Shown piece after piece: positions 14,819 to 26,686 of a DNA stretch of 64,000 nucleotides. The stretch spans positions 30,256,001 through 30,320,000 of the forward strand of contig OZ024751.1 in NCBI GenBank assembly GCA_964016885.1, given 5' to 3'. Positions within the stretch are counted from its first letter, which is position 1. Every line of letters begins with the position of its first letter. A model generated the notes under the pieces. It saw only the letters and a list, made by a program, of their open reading frames with translations. It was not told the DNA's origin and ran no database searches. The position numbers and the translations under genes are program-made. Source of the stretch: Eledone cirrhosa. Taxonomy: Eukaryota.

Positions 14819-15719
14819 AAGAAGAAGAAGAAGAAGAAATCAAAGGTGTTGTTGATTTTATTTAAGTTCATTCAATTTGACTTGGGCAGGATTTGGACTC
14901 AGTGAGGAGAGAGTCGAAACGAATACTGCAAAGAATTCTATCGGACGTTCTAAGGACTCGGCTACTTCGCTGCCTTATTAGCTCTATACGGACTTTTAAA
15001 TTGATTAAATAAATAAATAAATAAATAAATAAACAAATATAAACTGCCGCAGGGTGTATTTAAACCCAGTATAATGTTGAAATGTAGAAAACATGTCAAA
15101 AGCTCAAACGAGCTGGGCCATGGACAGCCCTGGGAGTGGAATGCAACTTGCTGATGTTGATGTTGCTGTTGTTGTTGATGCTGTTGTTGATGCTAATAAT
15201 ACTGTTGTTTATTGTTGCTATTGTCAATAATTGTTTCTATTTTGGGCACAAAACCAGCAATTATCCCAGTGTATTACTGGTACTTTATTTTATCAACCCC
15301 CGTAAGGATGAAAGGTAAAGTTAACCTCGGCGGGATTTGAACTCAGAATGGCAAGGGCCGTAACTCTATGCGTCAAAGCATGGCGTCCGACCCTCTAATG
15401 ACCACTAGTAACTAGAGTGACCAATGTCCTAAGTTGAGGAAGTGGAAGTGTTGACCACCAAGATGATGATGAAGCCATAACTACTTCAAATGTTATTGTA
15501 TTTATTACAGATTTACTGAGAATGTACTGCGGAAATATGGTGGTGGTGGTGGTGGTGGTGGTGGTCATAACAGTGGGCGGTAGTGGTGGGGTGGCCGTAA
15601 TATTGGATTGGAGGTCATAGTAGTGGGTGGTTGTGATAGTGGTAGAGGTGTCAGTGGTGGCATATATATATATATTGGGTCGTCAAGTATCAAATTTGTA
15701 GAAATTTTCATACTTGACG

Positions 15720-15763
<44 letters not shown>

Positions 15764-16589
15764 GTGTGTGTGTGCATGTATGTATGTACTGATCCGTCCA
15801 CCCGTTCTACACCATAACTCCTGTATTATCCGCCTTACTATAAAAAGTGTTGCTATTTTAACAACGAAAATAAAAACACATTTTGGTAAGCAAGGAATTA
15901 ATGATTAGTTCCTAAAAATACGATTAAGATAAGACTTTCTCCTCTCCTCTCCTCTCCTCTCTTCTCTTCTCTGCCACCATCACCACCGTCGCTACCAACT
16001 CTGTGTCGCATGAAATATTTCTTCAATTTCCACCATCACCAACACCACTACCACCATCACCAACACCACACACCCAAAACCACTACCACTACCACCTTCA
16101 CCAACACCCAAAACCAACACCACTACAATCATCATCACCACCAACACCACTACCACCAACACCACCACCAACACCACCACCACCATCACAACTACAACTA
16201 TCATCAAAACCGCCACCACCTCTACTACTACTACTACATAACAAAGAAATTATTTTAGATACAGGTCAAATTGAAAGAAAAAAATTTAATTGGTGATTAG
16301 ATAAGACTGGAATTGTTCCATCAATTCATTCCTTCTTCCACTCCCTCTTCCCCTCCCCCTCCCTCTTCCACTCCCTCTCCCCCCCCCTCCCTCTTCCCCT
16401 CCCTCCGTAACAACAAAGTCTCTAGGTAATATATAACACATCAAAAGTAGCCATGTATCCAGGGTGTTGTAATCTCGTGGGTTCAATTCCTGGAGCCCTA
16501 GTGTTTAGGGTGTTGGGCTGAAGATCATAATGCCGTAGGTTTAATTCCAAAACATCACCCACCCTCATGCAAGATTATTCCGTCCAGGT

Positions 16590-17180
16590 GGATTGGTAGT
16601 ATCGGTAGAGGGTCGGACGGCATGCTTTCCAAGACAGAGTTACGGCCCTTTACGGTGTGGGTTCAAATCCCGCAGAGGTTAACTTTGCCTTTCATCCTTA
16701 CGGGGTCGATAAAATAAAGTACCAGTAACGTACTGGGTAATTGCTGGCCTTGTGCCAAAAGTAGAAAAAATTATTACCAACCTGCGAGGGTTGTACATTG
16801 GCAAACTTGGTAGAGCGTCGGATAACATGCTTTGTGGCATAGAGTTACGCCTCTTTGCGTCCTGAGTTCAAATCCCACCGAGCTTAGCTTTGCCTTTCAT
16901 CCTTACGACGTCGAAAAATAAAGTACCAGTAACACACTGGAGTCGATTTAATTGACTTTCCTCTTGCCTTCAAATTGCTGGCCTCGTGCCGAATATAGAA
17001 ATAATTATTACAAACTCCGGAGGGCGATTGATTGGCACAGAATCGGTAGAGCGTCGGACAAAATGCTTAGCGGTATTTAGTTACGAGTTCCTACGTTTTG
17101 AGTTCAAACCTCGCTGAGGTCAACTTTGCTTTTCATCATCCTTTCAGAATCCATAAAATAAAGTCCCAGTTAAGTATGGC
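16590..17180 (+). mobile_element. Three head-to-tail copies of SINE family A
   Basis: GGTAGAG..TCGGA ... GTTCAAA.C..C.GAG repeated three times. Confidence 0.8.
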
Positions 17181-17930
17181 CGATCAACATAATCCCACCC
17201 CGGTCCAGATTGCTAGCTAGAAAGAACAATAACAATATCACTGACACGTAATCAAAATATGTTACGTACTTAGTGCAGGAGAAAACCCTTATCTATACAT
17301 GTCATCACCTTCATCATACGACAAGACCACCTAAGCACCAACGGATGGTCGTGTGGGATGATGAAAGTGCTACAAAGGGTGGGAGTGAATGTGGGATGGG
17401 TGGTTCAAACACTAACGCGGTAAGTTAACGGCTGAGCTTCAAGGGAGATAACTCCTGTTTATATTTCTTTTGTCTGATAGAGTGCCTGAAAAAAAAAAAT
17501 ATTGGCTAACAGTACATTAGGTCTAGTTATTTCATCAATAACCAACGGAGATTGGCCTCTGAATATAGAATAATAAAACCAAATTCTATAAAACATTGCA
17601 TCCGGCATTTAATCGTTTCTTTCAAACTAGCTGAATTTATGATGTTGAAAACAAAATAAAAAATCCATATGCTAGAGCGGGTTTTTTTTTTAATCTACGC
17701 TAAACCGAATATACGCTTGATCAATTTATTTAAACTGTAATGCTCCTGCAGGGCCACAACCCAGTACTAAAGCAGTAAAACATTCACAATATATGAATGA
17801 AATTCTCACGTCATACAATTTCAGAATTTATTTTTTATGACAGAGTTAGCTCCCTTGAAAAATTCTTTACATTTATTTTGTATATTTCCACTGAGACACC
17901 ATAACTTAAATACGCGGACTGGTTTGTTAT

Positions 17931-18690
17931 TATGGTATGGTATGGTGTGGTATGGTATGGTATGGTATGGTACAGTACGGTATGGTCTGGTATGGTATGG
18001 TACGGTACGGTATGGTATGGTACGGTATGGTATGGTACGGTATGGTATGGTACGGTATGGTACGGTACGGTATGGTACGGTATGGTACGGTACGGTATGG
18101 TACGGTATGGTACGGTACGGTACGGTATGGTACGGTACGGTATGGTATGGTACGGTATGGTACGGTACGGTATGGTATGGTACGGTATGGTACGGTATGG
18201 TACGGTACGGTACGGTATGGTACGGTACGGTATGGTACGGTACGGTATGGTACGGTATGGTACGGTACGGTACGGTACGGTATGGTACGGTACGGTATGG
18301 TACGGTACGGTATGGTATGGTACGGTATGGTACGGTACGGTATGGTATGGTACGGTATGGTACGGTACGGTACGGTATGGTACGGTACGGTATGGTATGG
18401 TACGGTATGGTACGGTACGGTATGGTATGGTACGGTATGGTACGGTACGGTATGGTACGGTACGGTATGGTACGGTACGGTATGGTATGGTACGGTACGG
18501 TACGGTATGGTACGGTACGGTATGGTACGGTACGGTACGGTACGGTACGGTATGGTATGGTACGGTATGGTATGGTATGGTACGGTACGGTATGGTACGG
18601 TACGGTATGGTACGGTATGGTATGGTACGGTACGGTATGGTACGGTATGGTACGGTACGGTATGGTACGGTGTGGTATGGTATGGTATGA
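17931..18690. repeat. (TAYGG)n pentamer array, ~150 units
   Basis: Continuous mixture of TATGG and TACGG units. Confidence 0.97.
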
Positions 18691-19639
18691 TCCCGTAACT
18701 GCTGATGGAGTTGTAGGAGCGTCGTATTGGCATACAGCGTTTCATTTTAAGTCTGCTTGCATGGGTCAGATGAGTCGTCTGCATCGAGAGCCAAGTCTGG
18801 CCAGCATTGACCAAGACCTACCATATTTCCCGACGTCGAAGACGCTAGATTTTTCCTAAAATAAGTCTCAAAAATCTTGGTTGGGGATTTTACAACTGGA
18901 TGTTCTTCCAAACACCAACTACATTTACAGTATATATTATATTATATTGTATTATAGTAGTAGCAGCAGTATTAGTGTAGAAATATGGATATGTTAAAGC
19001 AAAGAAATAACAAATAAGTTTCTATGGAAACAAAATATATATTTATTTTTCAATTTTCTGGTTAATTAATTAATTAATTAATTAACATATTCTCTTTCAT
19101 TCATTTCTGCTTATTATGTCTTCTCTGTCTGTCTTCTCTGTCTGTCTCTCAATCTGTCTGTCTGTCTGTCTGTCTGTCATGGTCGTCTTTAATTACAAAT
19201 CATCAACAATAATTATATTTATATATAAAATCATAAACATAAATATATATATATTTCGTTAATTGTTTGTGAAAATGACTGGTTCAATAAACATTATGTT
19301 GAATATATATTTGTGTGTATGTATGTATATGCATGTATGTAAGGTATGGTACATATGTATGAATGTATGTATGTATCTATGGTATGCACATGTAATTTAT
19401 GTGTATGTATGTGCACGTATATATGTATGTGTTCCGTTAATTGTTATAAACAATACATCGAAAATATTATGTTGTCTGTTTTTCTTTTTTTTCCTTTTTA
19501 TTAATTTATTTTTGTACATGCATATATATATATATATATGCATGTGTGTCTATATATATATATATATATATTTATTTTAGTCTTCACATTTATTATTATT
19601 ATTACTATATATGTGTGTGTGTATGTGTGATAGAATCAA

Positions 19640-22600
19640 TCAATCATAGGGATAAACTCTTCGAATTGAAGGCCGAGGTAAATATTGGGTCCCATCATAT
19701 CTTTCGAAGTAATGATCAATTTCAGGGTGGAATATCTGGCAGAAAAAAGTAAAAATAAAAGTATATGAGATACATATATGTGTGTGTGTGTATGTGCATG
19801 CATACATATATGTGTGTGTGTGTATGTGCATGCATACATATATATCATCATCAACATTTAACGTCTGCTTTCCCTGCTAGCAAGGGTTATGTATATATAT
19901 CATCATCATCATTTAACGTCCATTTTCCATGCTAGCATGGGTAGGACAGGTAGTTCCTTTGTGAGAGATCAGGGGAGAGGACTTTGATTTGCATATGTGG
20001 AACTGATTTTGGTTTGTTTTCTATAGCTGGATGCTAACCACATTTATAGTGGGTGTTACATAACAGTTATCATCGAAATATATAGAACAGTGACTGTATA
20101 ATAAATAAATGAAGTACATTCTAACCTGTTGACTATACATCCCACCGAGGTTAACTTTGCCTTTCACTTTTACGGAGTCGATAAAACAAAGTACCAGTAA
20201 TGCACTGGGGTAATTGCTGGCCTTGTGCCAAAAGTAGAAACAATTATAATTATACTCTAGGTTAAGCAGACCTACTTGTATACTTCGTTGAGTGTTCTAT
20301 TCTGCATGCAATATGTTGGTGGTGATTAACTAACACATATTTTACCATATATATATATAGTGTTATACTTGGGGAGGGTCATATTTGTGTAATAATATTG
20401 CCAGAATTAATAACAGAACACACTCACTGTTTGGTTGGTTTTCGCTTCTGTGTCTTTTATATCGGTTATGGCGTAGGCATACAATGCAATGGGAGGAAAC
20501 ATAATAGCACCACTGATGATGTTGCAGATGTGCAACGAAAGAACTTTGTTAGACTATATATATGTGTTTGTGTCTACATTGTATCTGTGTTTTTGACCGT
20601 TGGTCAGTCAATGGTAACATTGAGGACCGAATAAATTAAATTAACTGATATAAAAGACACAGAAGCGAAAACCAACCAAACAGTGAGTGTGTTCTGTTAT
20701 TAATTCTGGCAATATTATTACACAAATATGACCCTCCTCAAGTATAACAATATTTGTTTTGACACACGATTTCATATCAAAAACCTCGCAAAATTAATTC
20801 GTCGCCGTTATATATATATATCTACTTGTATTTAAACTCTTATTACTGTTATATGCTCGTTTAATTATGACCGAATTTCTAGGATTATATTATAAAATAA
20901 CCTTCTCAAACCTTCTCGCTCCTTTCCCCCTCTCTGTCTCCCTCATATATATGCCTGCAGGTTCTCTCACCCCCCTCCCTCTCTCTCCAAATATAAAATA
21001 AACTTGTTGTGAGCTACGAATCTCAGAGTTTGTCGATCCGTTATCTTTGCCGCTCGTTTATGAGAAATGTAATGTATTCACCCTATTTTCTTGTCTCTCC
21101 ATGTTCCTAGTCCTTCAAAACAATCTTGTATTTTAAACTCCCATAATTCTGTCAGACCCTCGAAAACAATCTTCTACTTGTATTTAAACTCTTATTACTG
21201 TTATATGCTCGTTTAATTATGGCCGAATTTCTAGGATTATATTATAAAATAACCTTCTTGCTAACTCCCCCAGATCCCCCCTCCTCCGCTCCCCCGCCCC
21301 CCATTATTATTTGGTCCAATCATAATTCAGCAGCTTATAATATGTTTCTCTTACCAATCTCTTTCACAAAACCACCGCCTCGGCTATCACTCCTTAAGTT
21401 TAGACCTCTCCTTAAGTTTAGACCTGGTGGCTTTTGATATGCTAGATGGACTATGGAATTCTGGAGAGTCTGAAAAATCTGGACACTCAATGACAATGCC
21501 AAAGATAAAGATAAATTAACCTCATGTTGCTGGACGAGAATGCAAGGAGTCCTCCTCTTTATTTCGGCCACGGATGGCTAACATAACCCCATCTCCCTCA
21601 CCCCTCCCTGCGCCCCATCCTCTCCACTCACCAAACGCAATCCAAAACTTCAGAGTTGGTACCATGAATGTAGGCACCTTAAAAGGTCGCTCTAACGAGG
21701 TTGTAGAGATGCTTGAATGTAACGAAGTTGATGTTTGCTGTATTCAAGAGACCAGGTGGAGGGGTGGGTCTGCTAGATTCATTGTGGGTAAAAAACGATG
21801 CTATAAACTTTTCTGGGGGGGAAATGACAATGGGCTGGGTGGAGTAGGAATCATGCTAGCAGAAAAATGGGTAGATAAGATAATAGACGTAAATAGAGTG
21901 AACGACAGAATAATTAAAATAAGATTTGTCCTAAATAGAACTACTGTGACAATAATATCCGCGTATGCTTTTGACAGTAAGGAAGAGCAATTAGAGTTGT
22001 ACAATATAGAGGAACAGAGGGAATTCCTGAAAGTTAACCTGCTGAAGGCGACAGATGAAATCTGTGGCTGGAGCAGACCTATAGGCAAGAGGAGAGTAAC
22101 TTGGTGGTGGAACAGTAAGGTGGAGGAGTCAATCAAGGCCAAAAAGCAGGCTTGGAAAGAATGGCAGGATGGGGGAAATAGAGAACACTATCAAGTGACT
22201 AGGAGGGAAGCTAAGAGACAAGTGTACGAGGGTAATCCCAAAGTAAGGTCCCCAAAGCGATGGGGACGCAGAGAAACTGTTCGTACGGCTGTTGGTAACA
22301 CTGTTGTCATTAGTGCTTCCTTCACTCCCAAACAAGCATGCGCGCGCTTCGCTGGGATGCTCAATCTTGGCTTGGCAGCCGTTGAGAATGGAGCTCCCGT
22401 TGAACGCTATGGCCAAGTGCGAATTTCACGCAGTTATTATATAGAGGGCAATCCCAAAAGTAAGGTCTCCTTCCAAAGAAAACATGCCTAAAGATCGGCG
22501 GATACTTGGATGCTCTCTGCATTTTGGTTCCTGAGGTTTCCCGAAGCACCATCCACAGGATTTTAATGGAAAAGTTGGAATATCGGAAGGAGACCTTACT

Positions 22601-25600
22601 TTTGGGATTGCCCTCGTACTTTGCAAGAAGGGAAGCAGAGGAAAGAAAGTTCAAGCATGTTCTACAATGCAAGGAACAAAAACGTGAGGTGTTCAGGATT
22701 GCTAGGCAATGTGTCAAGGGGAAAACCGTGATATTGTCACGTAGACAGCTAAACTGTACTTTCAACTTCTTAATTTTCTCCAAATAAAACAAGTTTCCTG
22801 TCGGTATATTTCCGTGAGTTTTTAACAGGCACTCACAAATAAACGTTTCTCATTGGAGGTGCTATTACCAATGTTCTTACCCGTGCAATGCCGGGATACA
22901 CTGCTAGTATATATATATATATACATATACATGTGTGTTTGTCAGCAGTAATAGATGTTTGACATTTTTCAATCCAGAAATTTGAACTGAATGGAAGTGA
23001 AGACAGCAATAGTTACCCGGGTATGAGCAATAAGTTTGATGTTTTCCTGGGGTACGTAAGTGATCTGGGGTGTTAAACGGTCCCTGGTATCAACTAGAAT
23101 GGAATAGTTTGGCATCGTTTTCCAGTGCTGCAAACACAAAATAACAATAGAGAATTTCATAGTTTTCTGAAAATCAGAGACAGAGACACAGACAGACAGA
23201 CAAAAAGAATGAAAGAAGGTGACAAAAAGAGACAGGCAGACATAAAGAGAGAGGGCAACAGAGAGAGTATAATGTCTATGTTTAGTATTTCATATCATCT
23301 CATCACAATGTCTATTTTCCCTTGCTTGCATGAGTTAGACAGCTTGTCATGTCGTGAGTTCCATTTTCTACAGCTTGAGCCCTTCCTAATGCTAACCACA
23401 TTATAGTATGTATTCAGTGCTTTCTGCTATTGCACCAACACTACCACTTTACAATGTGGACTGGATGCTTCTTGCTGTGGCACCAGCACTGCTACTTTAC
23501 AACGTGTACTGGGGTAAAGTTGAATAAATCGGTCCCAGTGTATTACTAATACTTTATTTTATCGACCCTGTAAAGATGAAAGACAAAGTTAACCCTGGTG
23601 AGATTTGAACTCAAAATGTAAAGGGCTTGAAGAAATGCTACAAAGCATGTTGTCCGACTACAGGTCAAGCAGAAAACAGCACTTGGTACAGCAAGGATTT
23701 TAAGGAAAGTCTATGTAGGGCACTGGAGAGAATGCAGCAAGGAACCTTTGTCAACTTGTTGACTGCTCCCTAACTGAAATATCCAGATCGTTTAACATTT
23801 AAGTGTCTGAGATTTACAAAAATGAACAATAATAATAATAGTAATGATAATAAAAAATTCTATCCTTTTCCAAAGCCAAAAAGAAAATTTAGAATTAACA
23901 GATAAAATTGACAGATAAAATTGATATGACTCACAGCTTTTGAAGTTGGGTGATTCATTTCTAGCCAGGAATCAGGTGCCTGGAGGAGAATAAAAGTGAA
24001 GTAGACAGTGAGAGAAAGAGAGTGAGAGAGAAATACATAAATAAGTATATATATAAATGGCATTATCAAGAAAACCATCAATATTTATGACAACCAGACT
24101 GTTATTCTCTAAAGATGTATAGATTTCACTCATCTGACTGCTTCACTTAAATCATAACTTTTGACATTTTCGAATATTAAGAGCCATGTATCAACATCAC
24201 CACTATTATCATCATTATCATCACCACCACCATCATCATCATCTTCACCATTATCATTATTATCACCACCACCACAATCATCACCATCTTCACCATTATC
24301 ATTACCATTATCATTACCATTATCACCACCACCATCATCACCATCAACATCATCACCACCACCACCATTATCAACATTTTATGTCTGTATTCCATGGTTG
24401 GCATAGGTTGAATGGGAGTCTTTGAGGCATTGTTTTAAAGCCAAATGCCATTCCTGAAGTCCACCATGTGGGCCAAGGGAAGTGAGGGGGGGGGGGGGGG
24501 GGGGGCAACACAGACTATGTCAGTACACAAGTGGGTCAAGAAAAGTGTCCTACATATGATCTTGCTCTCTACACAGTATCTTTCTATGGGTTGGTATGGA
24601 TGGGTTAAACAAGTTTTATAACTTATAACACATCTTTCAATGAATTGGGTTTTTATAAGGGATTAATTAGGAATTGAACTTACAATTGCCACTTCGTCCC
24701 ATCCTATAATAACACCACGGTATCCCCAGATCTTGTGTTTTATCACTTGTCCAACACGAAACTCTACATTGCTTGGTCGAGGGCTTCTCGGCTTTAAAGA
24801 TGCTGAAATCAACAGAAATAAATATATATATATAATATCCAAATCCAGAGCCTTATCACTCCTGTTGGAGGGACCCCTCCCTGGTTGACATCCACCACTT
24901 CTTATCTCTGACTATATTGGGCCATGTGGGGCCGAGGTATTGGGTCAGATCGTTGCACTATCTTGCCTTTGGCACCCCTCTAGTTCTTCTCCACTGCCTT
25001 GGTGTCCACTCTGTTGTTCTAATAATCCACCATTCTATGAATTACTATGATGGGTTGGACAGGTCTATAACACAGTATGGATTGTCATGGCTTCACCAGG
25101 TTTTTGTAGTCATTTAATAACACAACTTAATATCTTCATTAATAATCAGATGTTTGGACCTTTGCATAACAAATCATCCTTACATAAGTTTATGGTGGAT
25201 TGTTAGGAGTTGCAACCAGTAGATAGTATCAACAATTAGAAATACCAATGGAAACATTGTTTCCTTGGTCCAATCTGACGAAATCCACCTCAGTCGGCAA
25301 GCGACTGAGGTTTGGGAAGTTGTTCCTGGATCTGGACCTAGTTGTAATCTAAGCATGAACTCTTTAACACAAGCATGTTTGTATCATAGAACCAATGATA
25401 CTTTCACCTTTCAGGTGGGTTGGTATCAAACAAATCAATGCAATTAACTGTGGTTAATTAACAGAGTCGTTAGAGCTAGCTCATGAAATCAGAACTTACT
25501 AGCAAAATAAGCTGGAACCTCTGTTCTTTCTTCTTCTTCTTCATTTGAAGTTTTTGACACCGGTAACTTAGTATTGACAGATTCAAATAAATCATGGCAC

Positions 25601-26332
25601 CACTGTTGCCAAGATTCCAAAGATAAATATTTCTCTCTGAACACTGATACTGATTTCACAACACTACAAATAAAAATAAAGGAAAACTTACTATAGACAA
25701 TAAATTAATACATTATTTATATCACCATTAAATATATTTAAAATTTAATGCATTCTGTCTATAACTTCTGTCTATATATTTCAACTTTAACACAGTTTAT
25801 AACACCATTAAATACATTTAAATTGACAATGAATACATTGTCTATAATACCATTAAATATATCTAAAATTTAACACTGTTTATAAAACCATTAAATGTCT
25901 CTAAAATCTAACACACACTTTCTGCCAAGAGTTGCGAGCGGTAGATAGTATCAGCAATGGAAACATTATTTCCTTGGTCCAGTTTGATGTGTTCCACTCC
26001 ACTCAGTAAATGAATAAGGCCTGGGATCTTGTGGATCAAACTCTAAGACCCATAAATATATTTAAAATCTAATAGACACTGTCTATAAGATAATTAAATA
26101 TATTTAAAATCTAATACACACTATCTATAAGACCATATTTAAAATCAAATAATATGAAAAACACAAATAAAGTAAAGAATAAACACAACAAAAAAAGAAA
26201 GGTGCTTTACTCTTGTAATTGGTGAACTCTTTGTGATTCTGATGTCGTTGAAATTCTTGTGATGAAATATTGGAATGGTAACACAAACAACAAAAGCCCA
26301 AGGTGGAATACAGCTACTCTTTGTAGAGGCAT
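19640..26332 (-). CDS. YccV/HspQ-like (hemimethylated DNA-binding-like) domain protein with N-terminal signal/TM segment, 218 aa
   Basis: Six phase-consistent GT-AG exons: 26211-26332, 25500-25663, 24684-24802, 23935-23979, 23017-23127, 19640-19735. Protein: MPLQRVAVFHLGLLLFVLPFQYFITRIST...VEFRVGQVIKHKIWGYRGVIIGWDEVAI APDSWLEMNH...HWKTMPNYSILVDTRD...ITYVPQENI...IFHPEIDHYFERYDGTQYLPRPSIRRVYPYD*. GQV..H...GYRGVI.GWD, Y..LVD, TYV..ENI and HP....F....G..Y.P......YP.D are hallmarks of the YccV-like domain of FBXO21, ClpF and HspQ. Confidence 0.9.
20361..20749. repeat. 108-bp near-perfect inverted repeat with 173-bp spacer (Penelope-like)
   Basis: 20361-20468 is the reverse complement of 20642-20749 with about 2 mismatches. 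Confidence 0.9.
20821..21258 (+). repeat. ~86-bp direct repeat with 352-bp spacing
   Basis: TCTACTTGTATTTAAACTCTTATTACTG...AAATAACCTTCT at 20821 and 21173. Confidence 0.85.
21640..22745 (+). mobile_element. Degraded RTE-clade LINE: APE endonuclease N-terminus and linker, internally deleted and interrupted by a mariner relic
   Basis: RVGTMNVGTLKGRSNEVVEML...VDVCCIQETRWRG...GVGIMLAEKW...RVNDRII...IISAYA, then a jump to ATDEICG...TWWWNSKVEESIKAKKQAWKEW; resumes after 22618 as YFARREAEERKF. Confidence 0.85.
22227..22616 (+). mobile_element. Internally deleted mariner-type DNA transposon with TA target duplication
   Basis: TA|CGAGGGTAATCCCAAAGTAAGGTC ... GACCTTACTTTTGGGATTGCCCTCG|TA; transposase relics MELPLNAMAKCEFHAVII and PEVSRSTIHRILMEKLEYRK (HTH region). 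Confidence 0.85.
22746..22907 (+). mobile_element. Helitron 3'-end fragment
   Basis: CCCGTGCAATGCCGGG hairpin then ACACTGCTAG|T, same end as 63105-63131. Confidence 0.6.
23660..23850 (+). mobile_element. R4/Dong-like (RLE) LINE 3' relic
   Basis: QKTALGTARILRKV resembles the QK.ALLGTA.ILRKVL end of R4/Dong ORFs, followed by a (TAA)n tail. Confidence 0.5.
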
Positions 26333-26481
26333 TTTCTGTGCCAGGGCCCTCTCCGATGAATCTGCCAAGTGCTGAGCTTGGCAGTGCTGTGATGAAAAGT
26401 TGAAAACAATCCATCAATGGCAATATCATAATATTAAGATTTTAAAATAAATTCTTTATAATATCATCAAAATCAAATTAA

Positions 26482-26686
26482 CACTTTAGCATTTAGACCG
26501 GCCATATCCGGCCAGAATTCTCTAACTCCTTTCAGTTCAAACTGGCCGTAACTGTCCACTCATACTGATGATAAGGTATCGTTCTCAAAATAAACATCAA
26601 AATCTCATAGATTTGATACTATGTGAGGTAAAGCCTTTACCGTGAAAATATAGTGGTAAATATGGAGTAATGTAAATGCTAAAGGG
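26482..26686. mobile_element. piggyBac-like TTAA MITE, same family (other copies ~56322-56535 and ~57843-58020)
   Basis: TTAA|CACTTTAGCATTTA ... TAAATGCTAAAGGG|TTAA. Confidence 0.75.

Noticed and set aside
13363-14871. Long poly-T/H/G/V ORFs (502, 337, 330, 331 aa)
   Set aside because: Translations of a (GGT)n array open in most frames; no splice or domain context
17837-18859. YGTVR/YGMVW repeat ORFs
   Set aside because: Stop-free pentamer satellite open in several frames on both strands
21574-22491. 305-aa ORF as a host gene (CFDP2-like)
   Set aside because: Chimera of a deleted RTE endonuclease lacking its C-terminal catalytic motifs and read-through into a mariner insertion
24186-24425. 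Poly-His ORF
   Set aside because: Intronic (CAT/CAC)n microsatellite
19640-26332. Calling the YccV-domain gene FBXO21
   Set aside because: No F-box or transglutaminase-like region seen; the architecture is a hydrophobic N-terminus plus YccV only
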